A stretch of 64,000 nt of DNA from the human T2T-CHM13v2.0 reference genome, Homo sapiens: NCBI RefSeq assembly GCF_009914755.1, contig NC_060932.1. One strand, written 5' to 3'. The notes under the pieces were generated by a model that was not told where the DNA came from, made no database searches, and was given only the letters and a program-made list of their open reading frames with translations. How positions within the stretch are numbered: the first letter of the stretch is position 1; each line of letters begins with the position of its first letter. Position numbers and translations under genes: made by a program. Positions 45,008 through 57,190 of the stretch are shown here, in pieces.

Positions 45008-46631
45008 TGAAATCTCAGCTATCTTATTTAGGATCTTCTCTTTATCCTTAAAGTCCAACTAAACAGGTGGAAAATGGAGAATGACTGCATATCATGATGA
45101 GATGGTGTTAAATTTCCTCAGGCTGTGGTTGCATTTGTCACTGGATGAGACAGGAGGGCACCCAGTAACATGGCCAATCTCAGTTGCCTGTGCTTCTCAA
45201 TTTCCCCTTGCAGGTCACGCTATCCTGGAGTCCTTCTCCACAGCAGCAGTTCCTCCCATTTGGGAAGCCAGGGAACCTCAGAGGACCTGCAAAAACATTC
45301 TCTCACACACCCGAAATCCTCATATACACCGTTTCTCGCACAATTTCAGGTGGTTAAGGGACCTTCTGAAACCCATTCCCTCATCTTGAGCTTAGATGAT
45401 TGCCAGGCCCCAGTCTCACTGGGTGGAAACCCTCAGCCTTCATGCATAAAATTACCCTGCTCAGGAAGTCCCCCGGGAGCACAAAGGAGGCAAAGTCGAG
45501 GCACAAGGAGAGGCCTCCAAGTGTCTCTATGACTGGGGTAAGAAGTGCAGGCAGAAACCACACATCGTCACAGATGCCTTCAGACGAAGCCATCCACTCA
45601 ACAAATGAGGAGACCACAAGCAGGTCCAGGGAACGCCTGGGACCATGGAGCAGACCTGGGCCTCTGAGTGGCCTGCCCAGAGCACTCTGCATCCTACCAC
45701 ACGTGTGGACAAGCGCTGGTGATGCTGGAGGACAGGAGACAGCAAACAGCATTACTTTCTTCTCCAGTGCCATTTGTAACCATTGAGAAAGGAGGCAACT
45801 GGACACCCACTAGATGGAGGTCATAATGGCACCTTCATTACTGATGAGTTGATGTGAGGGTGTGGTTCTATGTATGTCTCCCAGGGGCCTGGGAGGAAAT
45901 CAGGGGGCCACACAGCTGGGGTGCCCAGCCAGGACTGCTGGAGGAGAGAAGGGAACAAACCTCCAGTGCTTTCAGATTGTTCATAGATTAGCTGCACCCA
46001 GTAGGGGAAGAAGGTCAGCAGCCAATTGGGCAACTCACTCCTTCACTGGAGGGGAAGCAGAAGGGGAAAGGAATGTCCCTGGAGTGGAAGTCTCTGCACT
46101 TGGAAACACAAAGCCAGGTGTAGAGTGCACATGCATTTGAGTTACATCTCTGACTCCCAGGGCTGGTCACAGCTTTTTATCATGCCAGTACACGACAGCA
46201 GTCACACCTGGTGAGGGCTGCCCTATCTCATGAGGATCCACATGATAGCGTGCGTAGCTTACATACATGGGAAACCTAGTATCACATGCATATAAGCACG
46301 CACAACATGCACTAATTATATCTGGGATCAACATTGGGTTCACATGGTATAAAAACACTGAACTTGCATAATTCAATGACGCTGTGTTCCTGAACTTGCA
46401 TAATTCAATGCTGGTTTCTCCTCATGCTCTGAATCCAGTCTCTGGCCAGACACTAGGCCCTCACTCAGACACTCGCTCTTGCATGGGATTCATTTGACAA
46501 TGATGGTACCCGCGGTCATCAAGAGAGGAAGTCTCTACACCCAGAGGGTGCCTCAGGGCCCATCGAGGGAGACTCATACCTAGATGTTAGGGCCACGGCC
46601 TTCCATGCCTCTCCCATAGGACTCTGTGTGT

Positions 46632-47530
46632 GACCAACAAGCACATGAAAAGTGCTCAACATCATTAATCATCAGAGAGATGCAAATTAAAATCACAGTG
46701 AGACACCACCTTACACTGGTCAGAATGGCTGGCTATTATTAAAAGGTCAAAAAAACAGCAGATGTTGGTGTCGATGTCAAGAAAATGGAATGCTTAAATG
46801 CTGTTGATGGGACTATAAATTAGTATAATTTCTATGGAAAACATTATGGAGATTTTTCAAAGAATTAAAATAGAACTACCATTTGACTCAGCAATCCCAC
46901 CACTGGGTATCTGCCCCCCAAAAAAGAAATCATTATATCAAAAACAGACCTGCACTCATATGATTATTGCAACACTATTCACAATTGCAAAGATATGGAA
47001 ACAACCTAAGTGTCCATCAGCCAATGATTGGATAAAGAAAATGTGGTACATATATACTACAGCATACTAAACAGCCATGAAAAAGAATGAAATTATGTCT
47101 TTTGCAGCAACATGAATGGAACTAGAGGCCACTAAGTGAAATAACTCAGAAACAGAAAGTCATATACCACATATTTTCACTTATAAGTGGAAGCTAAATA
47201 ATGTGAACACATGGACATTGACTGTGGAATACTAGCCATTGGTGCTCCATTAGGTAATTTCTCAACCCTCACTCCGCTCCCACCCACCCACTTTCCCAAG
47301 TCTCCAATGGGTGTTACGCTCAGCCATTTTAGTGTAACTATCATCCAAATAGTGTAACTATCATCCCAATAGTGTATACATCCATTAGAAATTACCTAAT
47401 GCATACATACACTATTTGGATGATACTTACACTAAAAGCCCAGACTTCACCACTACACAATATACCCATGTAACAAAACTGCAATTGTACCCCCTAAATC
47501 TATAAAAATAAAAATATACAAAAATATTTT
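46632..47530 (+). mobile_element. L1MA/L1PB-type 3' end with internal micro-rearrangement
   Basis: ORF2 C-terminal remnant KIELPFDSAIPPLGI...ATLFTIAKIWKQPKCPSANDWIKKMWYIY; 3' UTR CACTAAAAGCCCAGACTTCACCACTAC...AAATCTATAAAAATAAAA. Confidence 0.9.
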
Positions 47531-47536
47531 TAAAGA

Positions 47537-47540
<4 letters not shown>

Positions 47541-47600
<60 letters not shown>
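47541..47600. repeat. (TG)n(AG)n compound microsatellite
   Basis: Direct read. Confidence 0.95.
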
Positions 47601-47735
47601 GTGTGTATCCATAGGAAGGCCTAGTTGTAATTGTGCTATAAATAAAAGTAATTTGAGCAGGTTACCTCTGGTTGGTTTCTGCATTCTCATATCTACTCCA
47701 CTGGAGTGAAAGTACTGAGGTGCAGTATTGGACTT

Positions 47736-48247
47736 TGTATTAATTACATTTTCTTATTTTCTGTGTTCTTGATTCTTTAGCATTTAGGGCCTTGCTGACC
47801 CTGGAGACACTGCCCCTCCCAGAGTTTGCTCTCCTAGAGAAAGCAAATAGCTCACCTAGGAGCGCGCCTTTCAAATGCAAAGAAACCAATCCAGGGCCCA
47901 CTCCCACCACCTCCTCTATGTGGCTCTTACGCTCTGTCTCCTGTCCCCCTGCTCTGGTCACCCCAGACCAGGGACAAGATATCTAGGAACAACCCCTAAG
48001 TCCCAGAGGCCGCTGAAATGATTCAAGTCAGCAAGTGCTAAACCTGCTCACCCTTTCCTTCCCAGGACAGCACAGTTAAGGCTTCCACCAGCAGCCCCCT
48101 CTCTCCACCTACTCATCTCGCCTCGGTGCTTCCCCAGGTGGGCCCCCATGGAGGGAGGGCCACCACACCCAGTTAATTTTTATATAAAGGACTGGCCTCA
48201 TGTCTTGTCATACTCGATTAAAACAAATCCCAGGTATCATTAAAACA
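47736..48247 (+). mobile_element. MER74-like ERVL LTR
   Basis: TGTATT...GGGCCTTGCTGACCCTGGAGACACTGCCCCTCCCAG...GCCTTTCAAATGCAAAGAAACCAATCCAGGGCCC...TTAAAACA. Confidence 0.7.
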
Positions 48248-48723
48248 AGTTTGAATTCCCTTCTATCCGCACCCTACCTACACTCCAGCCATAAATAGCT
48301 TTAACACAAGGGAAAGGATCCCTCCTTCTCCATACCGGCCAGGCTGGGGAAACTTAGAAGCAGAAGATACTCCATGAAGAGATAAAATCCAGCATCAGGG
48401 GTCACAATGCCTCGCAATGCTGGGCAAGTTCCTGTGGAGAGAGCACCGGCCGAGAATAAGAGAGGCACCATGCTCACTGGGAAGTGAGTTGTTCGGTTAT
48501 GGTATTTTAAACATATAAGACAGAACATCAAGATAATGCATTCCAAAGATACCATCCAGAAGCAAATCCTGTCATCAGAAAGTACTATCAGTAGTGAAAA
48601 CAATGGTGTGTGTGTGAGAGAGAGAGGGAAGGGGGAAGAGAGAGAGAAGGCCTCCCAGCCAAGGTCAAGTTAAGTTGGAGGCATCATTAAACTATATTTC
48701 AACATAAACTTAAAACATCTCTT

Positions 48724-49030
48724 GGCCAAGTGTGGTGGCTCACACCTGTAATTCCAGCACTTTGGGAGGCTGAGGTGGGCAGATCACTTGAGGTCAGGAG
48801 TTCAAGATCAGCCTGGGCAAAATGGCGAAACCCTGTCTCTACTAAAAATACAAAAATTAGCCAGGCGTGGTGACACATGCCTGTAAGCCCAGCTACTTGG
48901 GAGGCTGAGATGGGAGGATAACCTGAGCTCAGGAGACTGAGGCTTCAATGAGCAGAAATCACACCACTGCACTCCAGCCTGAGCAAAAGAGTAAGACCCT
49001 GTCTCAGAAAATAATTTTTTAAAAAAAATC
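48724..49030 (+). mobile_element. Alu (Jb/Sx-like)
   Basis: Full dimer; flanks AAAACATCTCT / AAAAAATCTCT. Confidence 0.93.
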
Positions 49031-51401
49031 TCTCATCTTACCTTCCGGAATTAAAAATTAAAGGTATAGTTCCTTCCCATGAGCTTCTAAGGCAACTAAC
49101 ATAATCAAAATAAATATTTACACAATAATCTAGAGATTTCAGCAGATTAGAAGATATATTTTATATATTACTCTTAAATATAAATTTGTTTATAAAATTT
49201 ATTCACTTTTATGCCAATTTTGCAGCAAATTATTTTTATACAAAGATATCCAAATGGAAAACTGCAAATAGTTAGCCTTTTTTACCTAATTTACATATGA
49301 AAAAGTCTAAGTTAAAGTGCATATTACACATGCTCTGACTTCAACAGGAAACAGATTAGTACACTTTATAAAACATTGATTATTTTTATTATAAATATAA
49401 TAAGTGCTCATTAAAGACAATTTGAGAAATATCTTAAAAGTATAATAAATAAAGCTTTACTCATATTTTAATTTTTCAGTTACAACCAATATTAAAATTT
49501 AGATGAATTTCTATAATTTTATGCATAAATTTTTGCATCTCCTTCAATTTACCTATATACTATTTGCTCGTCTCACATGACACTGATGGCAGAGATGGCC
49601 AGTCATCCAACTTCTACAGAGAAGAGATGTTGCTGCAAAGTGATGACATGCCCTAGGGAACGCAGCATCCAGGTGTCAAGGGATGAGATTCAGGCTTACA
49701 GGACATGGTGAAAGTGAAGATGCCACCTCCAAGTCTGGTCCAAGTAAACCTCCCATGTGATCCTCTCATACTTTCCCTTCTCTCCCTTTTCCCTGTTGGA
49801 CATCAGCACCAGGCCAGCCATAAATGCCATGCATCGAAACATCAGAGCCTCGTTCAATCCAAGTGCCTGGATCCCAGCTACATGGAGCAACCCCCTTGTC
49901 CTCATCAGCTTCAGGTGAGACCTGTGTGAAGGGACAGGACTGGGAGTCTCATTCTTATAGTGGCTGATGTTAACAAGTAGAACTGCCCCACCTCCAAAAA
50001 GAAGGTTAGCACAAAATTAACAAATGCCATTTAAGTAACTCTTTTAATGACAAGGTTCATTTGTGCAAGAATCAAATGAAAGATACTTCATTTCAAACAC
50101 TGACCTGCTCTTATGAACAGATGAAATAACCACAATGATTGCATTGCTTTCAACTTGACCTATAATTTCAGAGATCACAGATATGTAAACAGAAAGGATG
50201 ACAGAGCCAGGTCTGCCATGCTTGTGTTGCTATAATAGTCTTGTTTAAGCCATTTTAAAAGGCGTTTATTATCAGACATCTTTCTTTTTGCAAGTTAAAC
50301 TGGGATTTGAAAGAAAAAGTGACATAATAGGCCTTTTTCAGATCACAATCATTGGCCTACCCTAAAAGCACATGTCACTTCCTTGCTCCCTTTCTCTATC
50401 TTGAATAAAGCCATCCTGTGAATCACTCATCATGAGCAATAGCTGAAGACATATGGAGTCCCAGCCAGATGCAGTCCAGCCAGAATGAAGAAACCTTGCA
50501 TCCTTACTTCATTTACAGCAGTGGCATTTGTAGCACTCTTTAAAATAGTCTGGATCAAAGCACTTTGCAACCTTTTGTGTGTTATTACAACACCCATTGT
50601 CCTCACTGTTTGTATTCCTGGCACCAGATGTTCCCAGCATCCCAAAAGAACCCACATTACCTTTGTGAGAATGATCTCCATTATCTGCCTTAAATTCCCT
50701 CTGAGAAGTCCAAAGGAATAAACCTCACAGGAGATCTCAGTTATAAAGGCAACTTTAAGGTTTTTGAAAATTTAACAACCACATTTCACTTCAACTGTGG
50801 TGAGAGGTCTCCCAGGCACCATCACCTGCCCCCTCATTCTCTCAGAGCCTCCAGACCACATAGAGTCCCAGTCAATACACTGGAGGCTGGTCTCCACCCT
50901 CAGACAACTAGATCCATTCAGCCATAGAGCATCTGTCCTGACCTTGACTTCATTATACACAGTAGAATCATTTATCTGAAATGTTCAAGACCTGACATTC
51001 CAAGACCAGATATCAGGGACTGAGACCTCTTAACATCAAAAGAACACAATGATTAAAAGAAAGAAAGAAAGAAAAATACTTCAAAAAACCCATATAAATC
51101 TTTAGGATATGGTCTCACTCTTGCCTTTCCAGAGAGAACAGGTAACAATGACCTGTCCTGGCCTCTGCCAGCTTGTATATATGACTAGGTATTTGCCTGA
51201 AAACTAACTCCAATAATAAGAATCTTATGCAAAGACCACAAATCATTTTCAATCATTACAATACCTTTTTTAGATTTATCCATTAAAATGATGTTATTTG
51301 TAAATAATCTTCTACTATAATTCATTTAATTGATCTTTCTAAACAGCTGTGATCAAAGTTCTCAAGAGTGGATCGAAATTAGAGCATCAAAAGAGCTCAA
51401 C

Positions 51402-51403
<2 letters not shown>

Positions 51404-51432
<29 letters not shown>
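51404..51432. repeat. (GT)n microsatellite
   Basis: Direct read. Confidence 0.95.
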
Positions 51433-51435
<3 letters not shown>

Positions 51436-52004
51436 TGACAAAACCTTCATTATATCAACACTTAGATGTACTGTTGTCATTTTCAATTCGTGAGTTCTAA
51501 TCAAATGCTTTATTCTTTCCCACAAACTTTTAGTTTCCCCTTCCTGATGGTGAACAGAACTCTCATTCAGTAATCACTGAAGCCAGAAACACAGGACTCA
51601 ATCTCACCTACTCCACCCCTTCCATGCTATTCTCATTCCCAAGCTGAATGCTTTTTGTTTATTCTGTTTATTTAATATCTCTTCCTTCAATATCCTTCTA
51701 TTCATTTGCACTACCATTCAGTCAACAAATACTAAATGTTTATTGAGCACCTAGTAATGTGGTAAGTAGGTACTATCCAAAAATGAATTCGATTTAGTCC
51801 CTACCTTCAAGGAGGTCACAGTCTACAAAGAGAGAAAAACACACAAAACTAAGCTCAAAGTTAATCATTGTCATAGTTAACATTTACTGAGTATTTATAA
51901 TGTGTCAGATTCTATTACATCAAATTCTTCAAATGACCCTAACAACTATGTGCTGTCATTATCATCCTAAATGTGAAATCACTGAGGCTTAGACAAATCA
52001 GTTT

Positions 52005-54350
52005 GTCAAGGTTACAGAATACAAGAGCAACAGACAAAAATCGATTTTGTTTCTGTATGCTAACAACAGACTATTAGAAATTAATCTTTAAATGCCATTC
52101 ACAATAGCGTCAAAAGAATATGAACTGCTTTAGGATAAATATGTCAAAAGATGTGAAAGACCTGTCACAGTAGGAGTAATTCTAAAATTATCCCCAATCA
52201 GCCATGACTTTGTATAATTCCCTCCCCTTGAGTGTGGGCAGGACCTTTAACTGGCTTCTAACAAATAGGATGTGACAAAGGTGAAGGGGCTTTTCAGATG
52301 GATTTAAAGTCACTAATAAGTTAACTAAATTAATCAAAAAGGAGACTATCCTAAATGGGCCTGACCTACTCAGGTGAGTAGTTTAAAAGCTGGTCTCTCT
52401 TTCTATGTATATCTATCTTTCTATCTCTCTCTCTTTCTCCCCTCTTCCTTGCTGGCTCTGAGAAGCAAGCCACCATGATTTCCACAGCTGCAATAAAAGG
52501 AACATAGAGAACAATGAGCTAATCTTCAAAGAGACATTAGAACCTCAGATGAGACTGCAGCCCAAACACACAACCTTGGGAACCCCTGACCAGATTCTCC
52601 AACTAAACTCTACCTAGATTCCTTTTACCAGATAATAAATGTGTGTTGTTTTAAGTAGTTAAGTTTGTAGTACTTTGATGTGTGGCATAGAAAACAAATA
52701 TGCTTGCATGGAAAACTATAAGATATCATCAAGAAAAATTTTAAAAACCTGAATGAATGGAGAGATATACTAGGTTTATGGTTCAGAAGACTCATTATTA
52801 ACATTTTAACTCTCCCTAAACTGATCTATAGATTCAATGCAATCACAGTCAATATCTCAGCATGCTTTTGTATAGAAATTGACAAACTGATGCTAAAATT
52901 CACAAGGAAGTTCCAAGGACCTAAAATAGCCAAAACAACTTAAAAAAGATTGGAGAACTAATTCAGTTTGCTATCAAGACTTCATATAAAGTTTAAATAA
53001 CTAAGACATATGTATTGGTGTTAAGACCAATGTGTTGGTATCAAGATCAATTGAAGAGAATAGTCAGAAACAGATTGGTACATATGTGAGCAAGTGATTT
53101 TTAACAAGAGTGCAGAATAATTCAGTGGAGAATAGATGATTGTCTTTCCAATATACGCTACTGAAAGAATTGGATATTTTACGTGAAAAAAAAAGAACTT
53201 CAATACATAATGCCCACTATATACAAAAATTAACTCAAAATGGATCATACATCTAAATGTAAAACTTAAAACTACATAAAATTTAAAAGAAAAAATAGCA
53301 GAAAATGTTATGGCCTAAGTAAACTTTTTTAATATAACACAATAAAATAACACATTGATAATTTGGGCACCCCAGAATTAAAACCACCTACTCATTGAAA
53401 AACACTGTTAAGAGGATGAAAAGACACCCTACAAACTGAGACAAAGTATTTTCAAATATTATCTGATACAGGATTCATAATAAGAAAAAAATGTTTAAAA
53501 AATGGGCAAAGAATCTGAATAGGCATCACACCAAAGACAATATGTGTATTTCCCATAAACACATGAAAAGACATTCAACATCATCACTTATAAGGGAAAT
53601 GCTAATAAAAATCACAGTGAGGTACCACATATGCCTATTAGAAAGACTAAAATTTAAAAGGCTGATCACATTAAATGTGGGGGACTCTACAGAAGAACTC
53701 AAACTCTCATCACTGCTGATGAGAATGTAAAATGGTACAGCCACTTTGGTAGTTATTTTAAAAGTTGGGCACACACCTATCATATGGCCCAAGCATTCCA
53801 CTCATAGTTACTTACCAAAGAGATGTGAAAGCATATGTCCATGCAAAAAATTATAAAAAATATTCGCAGCAGCTTTATTTGTAAGAGCCAAACACTGTGA
53901 ACATCTCAGATGTCCATCAACAGGTAAAAGGATAAACTGTTGCATATCTATACCATAGAATGCTACCCAGCAACACAAAGAAATAACTATTGATGTATGC
54001 CACAACATGGATGTATCTCAAAGTAGTCTTGCTTGGTGAAAGAGGCCACACACAAAAGAGTACATTCTGTGTCATCTTCTTTATATAAAATATTCTAGAT
54101 ATTGCACATTAATCCAAAGTGACAGACAGCAGGTGAGTGGTTGGCTGTGGACAGGTGTGCTGGGAGAGGAGGTTAGAGGAGGAGATGGGTGTGAGGAAGG
54201 GATTACAAAAGGGTGGCAGATATGTTCACTATCTTGGTTGTGGATTGTGGTGATGGTGTAATAGGTATATACATATGCTAAAATATGTCGCATTGTGTCC
54301 TTTAAATATGTGCAGTTTATTGTATTAAATTACACTTAAATAAAACTGTC
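52005..54350 (+). mobile_element. L1M (L1MC/MB-like) ORF2 3' part and 3' UTR, interrupted by an MLT1 LTR
   Basis: ORF2 remnant FKKWAKNLNRHHTKDN...KHMKRHSTSSLIREMLIKITVRYH; end TTTAAATATGTGCAGTTTATTGTA...AATAAA. Confidence 0.85.
52163..52702 (+). mobile_element. MLT1E-like LTR inside L1M
   Basis: TTGTATAATTCCCTCCCCTTGAGTGTGGGCAGGAC...AATCAAAAAGGAGACTATCC...AATAAATGTGTGTTGTTTTAAG...ATAGAAAAC. Confidence 0.75.
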
Positions 54351-55780
54351 TTTACAACTCTATAGTAACACCACATCCCACTTGGAATAAAATTCAATCT
54401 CCTTTACATGCTACAAAGCATTACACAATCTGGTCCTCAAAGCTCATCTCCCACCCACTCTTCCCTCTGCCCACTCGTTTGCAGACATATTGTCTTTCTT
54501 TCTATTCTTCAATAGATTACATTTATTCTCACTTCAGGGCCTTTTTTTGGATTTGATTTCCTTCTCCCTGGAACACTATTTCCCTGACTCCACTTCCTTT
54601 CAGATCTCTGCTCAGATTCCCACTCCTCACTCAGTCTAAAATAGCACCCCAAACCATATATTACTGTTCATTTTTAACATTTAGCCCTGCTCATACCAGT
54701 GTCTATTACATTGTCAGTGAGAGTGTCTGGGAAAGATGTTCATGGAGCTGGGTCTGGAGAGATTATTAGATTAATAGCAATAGAAGTAATAGGGAATGAG
54801 GAACCCATTTTAGGTAGAAAGAGCATAGGCAGAGATAGGGAGAAGAAAAACAGCATGGTACATTCCTGGAACTAAAAGCGTTACCTGCATTTGTGGAACT
54901 ACAAGTGTCCATAGCAACAGAAATGGAGCAACCAGCAGATCTGCAGAGCCTTATGTATAATGCTTAAGAGCCAAGACTTCGCACTGAAGAATTTTAAGTA
55001 GGATAGTGAAAGCCAACATTTTTGGTTTGGATTATGCACGCTGGTGGCGGAGACAAAATAAGAAACCCCAATGATAGAGACAGAAAAAAAGTTGAAACTT
55101 TTATGACATATATTTAAGAGATAAAGTACACAGCACTCAATGACTGAGTAATGTTAAAACAGAAAGTCAGCTGTGTTCCTTGTGCTGTTAAGTTGGCTTC
55201 ACTAGGTAGAGGATGAGACACTTAACTGAGAGAAAAAATGTAGAGAAGCCAGTTTAGATGAGTTGGGAACATGCTGGATTTGAGAGTTGTCTCTCATGTC
55301 CGAGAAGAGATATCCAGCAGTCAAAGTATACATAAGTCTAAAACCTGGGGAAGTAGACTAACTTGAAATCATTAGATGGTGAAAGGAAATTTGTAAGCCA
55401 CAAGAATAACTGGAGTTATTTACAGAGAGTCTTTGGATATAGAAGAGCATTGAGCCAAGGGGGAACCATGGAGAACACCATCATCACCATCCCTCATATT
55501 GATTCCCACTTGCTACATGACAGGCACTGGGCTATGAGCTTTAACTATGTTGGTTCACTTAACCTGTTATGCTATTATGAGTCTGCCTTCCTGACATTTT
55601 CCTTCCAACCATCTACAGCCAGCTCATAATTAAAGAAGCACTGAATAATTCAAAAATAAGCCCAACATATACAGATTGATATTGCTCTCCTGCTTCTCAA
55701 TGGCATAGGAGGGTCAAATGTCACGTATGTGTGAGCACTGAAGGTTTTCATCAAAAAGAACATTAAAAATGATGACAATT

Positions 55781-56070
<290 letters not shown>

Positions 56071-56426
56071 AATGAAGACATTTTAAAAGTAAAGTACCAT
56101 GTGGTTATAGAAAACAGTAAAGGGCTGGAGGAGGGTTTCTAGAACAAGATGAAGAAAATAAACTGGAATGTCAGCCACAGAAAATTTGGGGGGAGCAGGG
56201 GCTGTGGGGTGGTGTAGCTGTCCAGGGCTCTGATCAAAAGTAGTCTTATGGTTCCAGAATGAATCTATTATTTAAGAACCTGGCAGGAAAGGGAAACATG
56301 TGTTGAAATAAAATGACAATCTGAGGATTTCAATGTCAATTAAATCAACATAATAATAGATAATTGTAAGAAAAGAACATTCAATTACAAAGAGATCCAA
56401 CAAAACAAGAACTAAAAGAACCTGTT

Positions 56427-56564
56427 GGCTGTGTACAGTGGCTCATGCCTGTAATCCCAAGAGTTTTAGAGGCCAAGGTTGGAGGATCACTTGAGCCCAG
56501 GAGTTTGAGACCAGCCTGAGCAACACAGGGAGACCCCCATCTCTACAAAAAGAAAATAAAAAAG
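56427..56564 (+). mobile_element. Alu left monomer (FLAM-like)
   Basis: GTGGCTCATGCCTGTAATCCCA...GAGCCCAGGAGTTTGAGACCAGCCTG...ATCTCTACAAAAAG; directly precedes the L1 5' end. Confidence 0.85.
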
Positions 56565-56996
56565 CAGATGGCCGACTTGAAGCAGCCAGTGTGTGATACT
56601 CTTACGGAGAGAAATAAAACAGGAGAGTAAATACTACAACTTCAATACTACAACTTCATCCAGGGGCATGCATTGGGATTCACCAAGGAAACAACTTGAC
56701 GCATGGAGAATGGACAGGAGCAAGACAGGACGACTGCCCACCTGGGAGTGACTCGGAGTCCGTGGAGGCTCCCTACCCAGGGAAATGGTGAGTGAGTGAG
56801 AGACTCCGGGGGCACACACTCTTCCACAGATCTTCACAATCTTTAGGTCAGGACACCCATTTGTGAACCCACTCCACCAGGGTTTTCATTCTGACATGCA
56901 GAGCTACAAGGAGATTGGCAGAACTGCCCATCAGGCATATGTGGAACCCTGGGAGCCTTGGATCCAGGGGAATCCCAGCAATGGCAGCTGCAGCTT

Positions 56997-57190
56997 CAGG
57001 AAAGGAAGAAGTTAGGCCCCCTCACACTCCCACCCAGGAAAGGGAGGAGGTCAGGCTCCCTCACACACTCCCAGGAAAGAGGGGGTCAGGCTCCCTCACA
57101 CACCCGCCCCCAGGAAAGGGGGAGTCGGGCTCCTTCACACCGCTTCAGGAAAGCAGGGAGGTCAGGCTCCCTCACACACCCAGAGAAGGG
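56997..57190. repeat. Imperfect ~35-40 bp tandem repeat in the L1 5' UTR (~5 units)
   Basis: Recurrent CAGGAAAG...GGTCAGGCTCCCTCACAC. Confidence 0.85.

Noticed and set aside
45807-45820. CTCF-like motif CCACTAGATGGAGG
   Set aside because: Mismatch at a conserved core C (GGC read as GGA); not supportable without ChIP data.
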